Shown: in pieces, positions 53,520 to 64,000 of the stretch
Layout of the letters: every line of letters begins with the position of its first letter
Numbering within the stretch: position 1 is the stretch's first letter
The notes under the pieces: generated by a model
What the model saw: only the letters and a program-made list of their open reading frames with translations
Databases searched by the model: none
What the model was told of the DNA's origin: nothing
From: Octopus sinensis
Taxonomy: Eukaryota
Direction of reading: 5' to 3'
DNA length: 64,000 nucleotides
NCBI RefSeq assembly: GCF_006345805.1
Contig: NC_043005.1
Span: 5,270,001 to 5,334,000, forward strand
Translations under genes and position numbers: made by a program

Positions 53520-54940
53520 TATATCTAATAAAACTTTATATATAAAGAACGTGAAATACACGAAGTGACGAACACGGAAAACAAACAGTCATTTTAAGCC
53601 TTCATTCTTCAGTCAGAAACCGATTCATCATGGCAAATTTCGGCTGTTTAATTCTGAGATTTGCTCCAAAATGGCCAGCCCCAAGGAAAAGCTAAGCTAT
53701 GGGCATTAGATTTTTGTGGTAGAAGGAAAGAATGTGAATGCAACAACAGAGACGAATAGGAAAACAAGAGACGAAGATAAAATTGGAAACAGTAACGAAT
53801 AAAAACAAGAATGACAAGAGGCGTCTTACGACTTTGAGACAAAATGAGACAAAAACAATTGATCAGCAAGCGTGGAAAGCAATTACCTTTTCGGTAGAGG
53901 TGACACGTGTAGAACAGGCGGCTGTCGCCAACGGAATGGCTTAGGAGCAGCAGGTTGCAAGGTGAGAGAGAGAGAGAGAGAGAGAAAAGAGAGACAGAGA
54001 GAGGGGATTAAGGAGGGCAGAGGACAGAAGCAATGACCAAGAGAGAAAGAAAGAAAGAATTAAAGAGGATGGGAGGAAGAGGCGCCAAAATAACTTGGTA
54101 AAGAAGTGCCAAAATACCTTTCGAGATTGCTCCAATCTGGCCAGCCCCAAGGAAAAACTAAGCTAAGAGCACTAGATTCCTTGGAAAAAAGCAGCAAATG
54201 TATACGAAAACAAGGACGGAAAAAACAAAATGGAGAAATGGTACAGAAACTCAAATAACAGGACATTAACAACGGGTGTCTTTCAATTAAGGAGGAATTA
54301 AATTAAGCTGGCATATGTTGAAGTAAAGCCTTACGGCAGAGACATAAGATTTGACAGGCACGGGGAGGAATATAGATGTTGCACACATGGTAGTTGAACC
54401 AAGAAAGAAAGATCAGGCTTGGCCGAACACCAGTCATGTGGGGAGAAAAGAGAGAGAGGGATAGAAGAACTAAGGAGGGGTGAGAAAAAAATGAAAGGGA
54501 CAGAGTGAAGTGAAAGAGGAAGGAAGGTGAGAATGAAGAGAAGGCCAGGAAATGTGGGAGGGGGGGAATGAAAGTACAAAGAGTAGAATGAACAAAGTAA
54601 ATGTGAAGGAAAGAATAGAAAGAATAATAGTCATACAAAATTTAGATATATATACTTACATATAAGAGACCAAAATGCTATATTTTTACATATAAAAAAT
54701 ACAAAAATGGGACAAGAATGCAAAACATCCAGACAGACGATACAAAAAAAACAAGGACGGGTCACTCAGAGTTTTCTTTCCTCAGTCGAGTTCCAGATTA
54801 TCTTTGCAGTTTTGGCTAGTTATATATTTCTTTCTTTCCTTTCCTGAGTGCCCAATAACACTATACTTGTTCCATGTCCTTGCGTTGGCTATGTTTTCTC
54901 TTTGTGTTTTCATGTTTGGATTAACTATACATATATATAT
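53520..54940 (-). mobile_element. Longer (TA)n-flanked element with internal direct repeats and a degenerate hammerhead-like motif (53588-53617)
   Basis: gagatt(t)gctccaa..tggccagccccaaggaaaa(g/a)ctaagcta occurs at ~53656 and ~54123. The - strand motif reads CTGACTGAA GAAT GAAG GCTT AAAAT GAC. Confidence 0.5.
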
Positions 54941-55446
54941 ATATATATATATATGTATATTTAGTTGTCATACATGACTACCAATATGCAATGGTTGGTT
55001 ACAATTTCCAGGGTAACTGTGTGGCATTTGTGATATATCTTCATTCCAGTGGGACATGTTCTTGTTTAACATATGGCCATGCGGTTGACAAGTTTGCATT
55101 GCACCAACTATGTTTTGGGTTCAGTCCCACTAACACTGCTCCTTCAGCTGGGGTCTTGCTGTCATTCCCTCAGATCACCTATTTCAAACAAGTACTTAAT
55201 TAATTATTCTTTTCTACTCCAGGCACAAAGCCCAAAATCTTGGGGTAGGGGGCAATTAGATCGACACCAGTATGCAACTGGTACTTAATTTATTGACTCT
55301 GTAAGGATGAAAGGCAAAGTCATCTTTGGAGGAATTTGAACTCCGAATGTAGAGATCAAATGCTGCTCAGCATTTCGTCTGGTGTGCTAACAATTCACCC
55401 AGCTCACTGCCTCGGTGCTGGAGCATTCATTATTTACAATCATATG

Positions 55447-55490
<44 letters not shown>

Positions 55491-56496
55491 AAGGACACTG
55501 ATATCTGTTGAGGCTTTTGATAAACAAAGTATTTTTTCTTTTTGTAAACAAAGAAATCTGTTGTTACTATGAATGACAAGGCATCAAGAAGAGTTTGGAT
55601 ACAACTGATTTTGATGTGATTGTAGCAGCAGCAGCAGTCCAAGTGTGGTTAACTGGTGATGGTGTTGCTGCTGACATTTGTCATTGTTTGGCTGCTGTTA
55701 GCTTGGATCAGCTGTTGTCCACCATCTCTTCACCCTCTTCTGATTGTCTCTCTATACTGTCATCCCTCACTGCCCTCTCTCTCTCTGTAGCTTAGGTGCA
55801 CCAAATTCATAGTAATGGCTAGGTTCAGAAAGAAACATGCCAAAAAATTAAATTGTTGCTGGAGCTTATACCAAATCAGAGTCTTGATTGGTCAGATGTT
55901 TCTAATCAGGTGAGTAGTGATATTCTAGTGAATCACAACATAGGATACAGTAATCCCTTGCCTATTACTAGTGTTACAGTCCCCCACCCCCACCCCCCAC
56001 AATAGGTGAAAATCCACAAAGAAGAAATGGTTCTGTATATTATTTTTTATATTATTATAATTTGTATATATTCATTTTATTATAAATGCAAAACAGCTCC
56101 ACGCACTCACCTCCTGACTTTCGTTTTCCATACAGTATATGAAATTCATTGTTTACTCATCTATGGTACACTATTTTCTTTTAATATATTTTAATTTATG
56201 TGTTATACTGTATTTCTATTTATCAATTTTTAGGCATGAAAATGCTTATTTTACCACAAATAGTTAAAATGTAAAAAAATATAAATACCTATTGGTCACA
56301 GAAACCCGTGATATACTGAGGAGTCTGTGATATAAATTTACATATACTGTATTGGCCCCAAAAAATCTGAGATGTACTGAGGGCACGATAAGTAAACCGT
56401 GATATGGTGACTGATTACTCTATAGTGATCTGATTGTAGAATATTCCTGCTACACATATATATGGTGGAGGACAAGTCGTAAATGAGTAACACCAC

Positions 56497-56620
56497 TTCC
56501 AAAATTCAGTAAGTCCATGCAAATGTAATGTTCCAAGAGTTCAAGAAGTTCCCGGATGTGAATTTGTTTTGAGTAAATAAAGTGTTGCACAGCATTGAAC
56601 CCATTTTCCAGTGCAATCAT
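56497..56620 (-). CDS. Weak candidate internal exon (MIALENGFNAVQHFIYSKQIHIRELLELLEHYICMDLLNFG)
   Basis: Good acceptor ctgctctttatag| and an open coding-like frame. The phase-1 donors (GTGGTG or GTGTTA) are poor, so the 3' boundary is uncertain. Confidence 0.3.
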
Positions 56621-57388
56621 CTATAAAGAGCAGTGGCACAACAGAAGTTTAGATAAACCAGAAATCAACTGCCCTTTGGGGTTTTTTATGCTTTATATAA
56701 GTTTATCTGTGCATAGAAGGAAGTTCTAAGAAGAACTAGGGGTGCTTCACTCCCAGTGATTCACATATTATTCCTGCAGTGAAATGTCTTTCCATGCCCA
56801 AATGCACATGTTGGATATGACTGTACATGTGTATATTTTATTCAATGACTCTAGTGTGCATATGTGCATGCATGCGCAAACACACAGCAGGTTTCTTTCA
56901 GTTTCTGCCTACTAAATCCTCTTACAAAACTTTGGTTGTCTTAGGTTATAGTGGATGACGCTTGGGCAAGGTTTCATGCAACGGAACTCAACCCTAGACC
57001 GTGTGTCCAGAAAGCAAACTTCTTAACCACTCAGCCACTCCCATGCTTACAATTTACTTTCATTGTAACTCATAATAATATACGTTATTTATTTACTACA
57101 TTGTAGCATGGTGCCCAGTCATTTAAAAACAAATAAAAATTAATAAAAAAAATATTACCATGACTACTAAATATTCTAATTAGTCTCAGTGTGTATGTGG
57201 TAATTGCTAAAAGCCATTTTTAGAATATTCTCTTTTCCAATGCCAGCTTTGGAACAAACACGATGGATCATGGGACAGGAGGGTTTATTGTTAGCAGAAC
57301 AATACTCATTTTCTTACCTTCAATTGTTTCTGTTATGAAGCTCTGTCTGTGTGTCAGCATGCATGTGCATGTATGCATTTATGTTTCA

Positions 57389-57421
<33 letters not shown>

Positions 57422-58099
57422 TGTGTGTGTGTGTGAATGACTGCCATTTATATTGTTTTATTCCTATGTAAAGTATTTCCCTTTAATTGGCTCATTCTCT
57501 GCTGCAGAGAAAAACCTTTCAGATCTATTTTCCTTGGTGTTCAAAATGTCATTCGAGTACAAAACATTTTCTTGCAAAGCTTAATTTTTTTGTTTTCTGT
57601 TGTTTGCAAACCTGTTCACCTCCTCATAATGTGAAAGCATAAACATACAAAGAGAGAATAACAAAATAAAAAGTGCAAGCCAAATTATAAAACTGGATGC
57701 ATGTACACTCACACACACTCATGCTTGCATAATTTCATATTAATTGTTTCAAATCCACATAATCCCACCCCCTATTTATTTATTTACTTTTATGCATGGT
57801 GTTATGAAGAAAGGGGTTGAAACAAATAATCCCTTACTCTTGATCTGATGCTTATTTATTTTAATGAGAGCAGCTTTTTTTTTAAAATCTCACAAATGTA
57901 ATCTCTATAATATTGTCATTAAAATCTAAATAAATACCTTATTTGTATGTCTTAGCAAATTTAAGCTGCTTATATTATTATTTTCTATCAGAAACATTGA
58001 TTGGAATATAAAAGTGTCCAGTTTTTGAAATTTGTTACATTTGATTGACTGCAAGGGAGTCAATAGCTATTGACCAAAGGAGAGTGGGCTTGTTTAACT

Positions 58100-58810
58100 C
58101 TTTGATACCCACCCGTCTGAGACCACCCCTGGCTCTGTGATACAAACCTCCTGTTTTAAAGGAATCTAAATTAAAACATTTCATCAAACACCAGCTCAAT
58201 AATGATAGTTATTTTACTAAATTTGTTATTATTTTCAAAATTAATTGAAATAGAAGTGGTGTACTTCTTTGGAAATATATCTTTAAAACAGTGAAGCAGA
58301 ACTATGTTCAAGGGCATGCTGCCAGCCATGACCATCTAGTCATATTTTCCCATTTAATCACAGTATATCCCAGACTACATCATCCAGTGAGGGTAGGGTG
58401 TGATTCAACCCTTTTGATACCAATACACATGAGACCACCCCTGGTTCTTTGATAAAAAAACTTCTTGTTTTAACCCTTTAACATTTAAACTAGCTTTTTC
58501 AGGCTCAAATATTCTACCTGTTTCATGTTCAAACTGACCAGGTCTGGCCTCTTACACCTACCCTACATTGTCCTTCTAAAAATAAACAACCACAACATTG
58601 AAATCTTAAAGCTACAAGATAATGCATAAGTAATTCAAAACATTGTGCAAAAGCAAGCATTACATTTGACAATAATCTGAATGCTAAAGGGTTAAAGTGA
58701 TCTACAATTAAAATCTTCCATCAAAAGTTCATTTAAATTATGTTCCAAACACCATGTTAATAATGACAGTTATTTTATGAAATTCTTTATTATTTTCAAA
58801 ATTAATTTCT
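58100..58810 (-). mobile_element. M1 MITE copies with a complete M2 MITE nested inside (58470-58695)
   Basis: M2 is bounded by ttaacccttt...aaagggttaa within M1 sequence. Confidence 0.7.
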
Positions 58811-60592
58811 TGGAGGACTCCAAAAATTTATTAATTCTTTAGTTCATTGACTCTATTTTGCTTGGCACAAGGCCTGAAATTTAGGTGAAGTGGGGAATAA
58901 TTAATTATACACCGACTCCAGTACATGACTGGTACTTTAGTTTATCTACTATGGCAGGATGAAAGCAAAGTTGACCTCAGTAGGATTTGAACTCAGAATG
59001 TACAGAGCTGAAAGAGACACTGCAAGGCATTTCTTCCAACACACTAATGGTTTTATCAACTTACCACTACCTTGCTCATGATAATATGTATAATTATCAG
59101 TTAATTGTCCATAAGTCATAAAAAAATGCACATTTAATATAAGCTGTAGAACTGTTATATTTCCATATATTGTTTTGCCCATAGCCAACATCAGTCCTTG
59201 AGAAATAACTCAAGGAAAAATGTTATTTTTTTCACTTTATTTCTTTCCATTTCATATTAGCAACACCAAATCACCTATATGAAAATAACTTGCTGATGAC
59301 GATTTGGTCTTTAATCTCACTTTAACTATTGTTTCTTATAAATGCCTGTGTATTATTCATTTTTTTTTGTCTATTGTCTGCACTTTGCCATCCGTTTTTG
59401 AAGTCCAGCACTGGCTGAGACATCATAGATTTCACCACAAACTATTACGTTAAATGTATCTTTGTATAATACGTTCCACACTTTAACTAAATTTTATTAT
59501 TTTTTATTGGTACCATACTAGTTTATCATTGACTGTGTTTTCTTTGAAACTGTCACTCCAAATTTTTTTGTTAAACATTTCAGTAGAAATGCATCAGTGT
59601 TGTCATCATTGTTTTAATGCCCACTTCTTCCATATATGCCTGGTTCAGACGGAATTCATTCAGGTAGAATTCCTATGGCTGGATGCTCTTCCAGTTGCCC
59701 ACACTCACTTGTTTCCTCATGTTTAGACATGTTTCATAGAAGACTGGAAATGAAGGGCACCACACATATAACAGAGATACCCAATTTCAACTATCGTATG
59801 ATATCAAGACAAGTAGACACAAACACTGATACATAGATATATACACGTACATATTTACACACACACACGCTTCTGTCTACCAACCAAACTCACAAGATGT
59901 TGGTCAGCCCAGAACTATTTTAGGAGACACTTTTCCATGGTATCTCATTGTAGGATTGAACCTGAAACCTGTCGCTCAGTTTGGGAAGCAACGTTCTCAA
60001 CCACACTGCTATGCTTGTCCTAAAAGTAATGTATCATAAATTCAAATTCATAATTTGGTATAAATTGTTGACTTTTTAAAAATGTATTTTACTTTTCTTT
60101 ACTGGTGTTATTAGAAGGTGAGAAAGAGCTATAATGCTGGAACTTCCCCCAGGTTTCATGGCATTAACTGTTTTTGTTACCATATTTCTTTTGAAATACA
60201 CTGCCTTTGTTTCAATTTATTTGGAAAACAATGAAAAATTTAGTAAGAAAACTATATCATTGTTAATCTGATGTTTGGAACAAGAAATTTTGATGGAAGG
60301 CTTTGATTTAGATAATTTTAAAGCATGAAGTTTGTATTATAGAATCAGGTGGGCTGGTATCAAAGCTTTCATCACCATTTCTTCATGACAATTGTACATG
60401 TGGAGTTTTTGTACTTCTGAGCTTTTTGCTTTCTCTATTTATTCCTAGTGTATAAATTACAATCTGTTATTACTGGATGTTTTCTTAAATTCTGTAATTC
60501 TTGAAGTAAGGTAAGATGAGCCGTATTCTTTATTTCCTGGTAGCATGCAACGTTTTATTAGTTTTCTGGTTAACAAACATAATGAAATCTAC

Positions 60593-60686
60593 CTGATTGT
60601 CATTTTTATCTGATCTGAAGTGTGAAGAATATTGACACTTAGTTCAGCTGCATACATTTTCACAGCAGCAATAAACACGTTATCTC
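60593..60686 (-). CDS. Candidate internal exon (DNVFIAAVKMYAAELSVNILHTSDQIKMTI), 94 bp, phase 1 to phase 2
   Basis: Excellent acceptor tttattttccccacag|, donor CAG|GTAGAT. This is the only open frame. Confidence 0.4.
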
Positions 60687-61524
60687 CTGTGGGGAAAATA
60701 AACCTACTTGTCAAATATCATAAATACCTTCTTTCCTATCTCATTGATAAACCAAACTGTATAGTTTACATCTTACATTGCTGCAACTTGCTATATTTCC
60801 TCCTATTTCTTTGGCTCAACCCTTAATTATTTAGTGTCATAAAAATAGCTGAAATATGAGACAGCTATCATCTGTCTTCTTTTCTATGATATTCCTAACT
60901 CAGATATAATTTCATTCTTTGTTATTATTGCCTAGAGAATATACAAGATTTACTTTTTGAACCACATTATCAAAATGGCATCTGCTGACAGTCTGCAACA
61001 AGGGTAGCTGCCGAATATTATTACTATTCTTTTCTTTTTTTTTTTCAAGGTGTGAATAGATGTGGGTTGTTAAGTGTGAAAACCCTGTACTAAGAGAAAA
61101 CAGTTGTTGTTATATCAAAAATATGTGCCTTCTTCTATCCTGGACATATGGCCAGCAGAAGTCTGAAGTTTATGAACTTGGTAAATAGCTTAGAGCTGCA
61201 GTTTTATATGTCTTACAATATCTTGCTGAAGTATTAACACTTTTGATACCAAACCACCTCAGATTGTTGATGGTTCTATGACGCAAACTTCCTGTTTTAA
61301 AGAAATCTAAAGTAAAACTTTACATCAAAATTTCAGGTTAATATTGACAAAGTTAATATTGAAGATATTTTACTACATTCTTCATTATTTTGAAAATTAA
61401 TCAAAACAAAGGTTGTTTATTTCAACAGAAATAGGGTAACAAAAGGGTTAAACTATAGTATCATAGCATTGAAGGCAACTAGTTAACTAAGAGGTTATGC
61501 TTTTAATTAAAAAATTTTTTTGCG

Positions 61525-61690
61525 TATATTAGTTTAAATTTACAGGAAAACAAAAGACAAAGACAGGTGTATGAACAACAAGCAGGTGTATTAGTTTGAT
61601 GCTCAGTGAGAAAGTCTTTTAAGTTTCGAGCCTACGCTCTTCAACAGAAAGGAATAAGAGAAAATAAACAGAAAGAGCATGAAAAAAACT
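61525..61690 (-). mobile_element. Hammerhead-bearing short element (motif 61614-61647)
   Basis: CTGTTGAA GAGC GTAG GCTC GAAAC TTA AAAGAC; same family as the 30.6/30.8 kb copies. Confidence 0.7.
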
Positions 61691-61714
61691 TGAGGTGCAG
61701 GTGTTGCTGTGTGA

Positions 61715-62085
61715 TAAGAAGCTTGCTTCCTAACCAAGTTTCTACATTCTCACCATGTGGCACCTTGGGCAAGTGTCTTCAACTATAGCCCTGGGCCAAC
61801 AAAAACCTTGTGCGTGGATTTGGTAGATGGAACTAAAAAAAAAGGCTATCATGTATGTTATATGTGTGTGTCATTGTGTTTGTCCACCACCTCTGCTTGA
61901 CAACTGGTGTTGGTTTGTTTACATCCCCATAACTTAGTGGTTTAGTAAAAGAAACTGCTAGAATAAGAACCTGGCTAAAAATAAGTACTGGGGTCAAGTT
62001 TTTCAACTAAAACCTGACAGGGCAGTGCCCCAGCATGACCACAGTCCAGTGTCTGAATCAGGTACAAAATAAATGGTAAAAAAAG
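61715..62085 (+). mobile_element. Full-length SINE (head B + tail B)
   Basis: gctgtgtgataagaagcttgc...ccttgggcaagtg...ctgaatcaggtacaaaa. Confidence 0.75.
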
Positions 62086-62259
62086 ATACAAAATAAAATG
62101 TGTTTAGATATATGTTTACAAATACATATATACATTTGTATATAGCTACACACACAAACACACACACATACTTATGCATATATAAATATTGTACCCTCCT
62201 ACAAATGTGCAATCCACCTCCCCCTCCTCCCTTGTTAACTCCCTCTTCAAAGAACATTG

Positions 62260-62480
62260 TTCTCATCTATCTCCTAACCCGTCATCTGTTTTGTATTTGT
62301 TTTCTTTACTTTCTTTCCAGACATTTTCCTTCCTCACTCTTATGTTTTCCTTCTGATGAAGGACTAATGTCTGAAATGTTAAGACTCCTTTTTTCCTTTT
62401 AAGCATTAAACCAATACAGTATTTGCTAAAACTTGTCCCTTCTGTGTTGTCTTTTTCCATTTTCGTTCATTACATTTCCA
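62260..62480 (+). mobile_element. Hammerhead-bearing short element with canonical CUGAUGA core (62353-62385)
   Basis: CTGATGAA GGAC TAAT GTCT GAAAT GTT AAGAC, followed by taagcattaaaccaatac, which is shared with the other copies. Confidence 0.7.
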
Positions 62481-64000
62481 GTATACCTTATTTCTATGCA
62501 TTTGTTATATATGTGTATGCACACATACAAATATTTATTTTGCATTCTTTAACAGAGCCAGCCTCCATCTTACACACACACACACACACACAAAACCAAC
62601 TGAAAATTTCATTGTATCATTAGAAGAAAATTACTGTGGAACTGTTTAGATTCTTTTTAAAAGCATTCCACATACTTCTATTCAAGTCAGTTTGGTTGTT
62701 TATAAATTCAAGTATTTGGTAATCACTTAGTTATAGAATAGTACTAATAGCTGTTTTGAATAAGATTGTATATATATATATATATATACATACATATACA
62801 CACACACACACACACTCATTGGTAATGCATACATCTCACCCTGCTGAGAAATGTCAATATAATAAATCTTAAAAAAGAAAATTCCTCAAATTAGATGGTA
62901 CCTGTTGTCTGCTAAGTGTAGTACCAAGCCTCTTTTAGCTTGAGCTCTAATCATCATCATCATCATCATCATCATCATTTACTGTCTACTTTACCATGTT
63001 TGTGTGGGCCAGATAAAATTTGTTGAGGTGGATGCCCTTGTTGTGAACCCTCGCTTGATTCCAAGCAAAGTAACATTTCTGCATGGTCAGAGATGTTTTT
63101 GATGGAAGACTGGAAACGAGCAGCCTCACTTGATGCTCATTTACAAACATCATATGATGTCAAGACAAGGGCACACACAAACGTACACACATGTACGCAC
63201 ACACAACAGGCTATGTTTGACCTTGGGCTATAGTAGAAGATGCTTCACTAAGGTGCTATGCAATAGGACTGAATCACTCAGCCTTATCTGTGCCTGTTCA
63301 GTGTGCTGTGCAGTGGGATTGAACCCAAATATTGTATACTCATTAAAAATTTAAAAAATGAGGGTAAAAAATTATGGACTTATATGTTGTCTCAATCCTT
63401 TTGATATTGATTTATTTGGGACCACCACTGGTTCTGACACAAACTGCTTTAAAGTGATCTAAATTAAAACTTTCTATTAAAATTTCATATTAATTTACAT
63501 TCCAAACACCATCTTAATAATGATAGCTGTTTTATAAATTCTTCATTATTTTCAAAATTTATTGAAACAAAGGCGATGTATTTTAACAGAAAAAGGGTTA
63601 AGAGAAACTTTTATTCGACTCATTTGTAAACTAATAAAAACTATCTCACTAACATTTCTATCTCATCAGACAAAAAAAAAAACACCTTCCTCTCTGCCAT
63701 TATCATAGTTTTATATTCAACCCATCCATTACAAACTCTGTGTTGGCTTTTCCATTTCAATGAGGTCTACTTAAAATCTGATCAACTAAACTAACTTGCA
63801 ATTGGCTTCAAAAGTATATATAACAATCCCTGTTTACTATATTGACTTTTCTCAGCTAAAACTAATGTGTTATCTCATAAATTCTAGCTGTAATTACCAA
63901 GACTGTCAGAGGAAACTAGTGCCTAAATGTTAACAGATGACTTAGTTATGAGTTGTAAAGTATCTGCTTACTAATAAATGACTCCTGAGGTTTTGCATCA

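Overview
This is AT-rich, repeat-saturated animal genomic DNA, not prokaryotic. The SINE/LINE/MITE families and dense (TA)n/(GT)n/(CAT)n tracts look like an octopus (coleoid cephalopod) genome; that assignment is from recall and was not checked by a search. Nearly all ORF-track entries are microsatellite or repeat artefacts. Supportable features: (1) a CpG-rich promoter with CCAAT-CRE-CCAAT and a candidate + strand first exon ending at a GTAAGT donor (~20.7-21.3 kb), plus a second CpG-rich promoter-like region (~37.6-39.6 kb); (2) the likely 3' end of an unidentified - strand gene, with phase-consistent exons at 50266-50356 and 49546-49888 and weaker upstream candidates at 56.5 and 60.6 kb; (3) a decayed DD34E Tc1 transposase, RTE- and CR1-type LINE fragments, tRNA-derived SINEs and TTAA-flanked piggyBac-like MITEs; (4) two long near-perfect fold-backs at 43.7-44.3 kb, a 19-bp minisatellite and a 100-N gap. 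The most interesting signal is a dispersed family of short elements beside (TA)n tracts that carry minimal hammerhead-ribozyme-like motifs of the Penelope type, including a subfamily with a shared non-canonical core. I recognised no gene by name and found no CRISPR, rRNA or intact tRNA. Repeat boundaries are approximate (tens of bp) unless stated otherwise.
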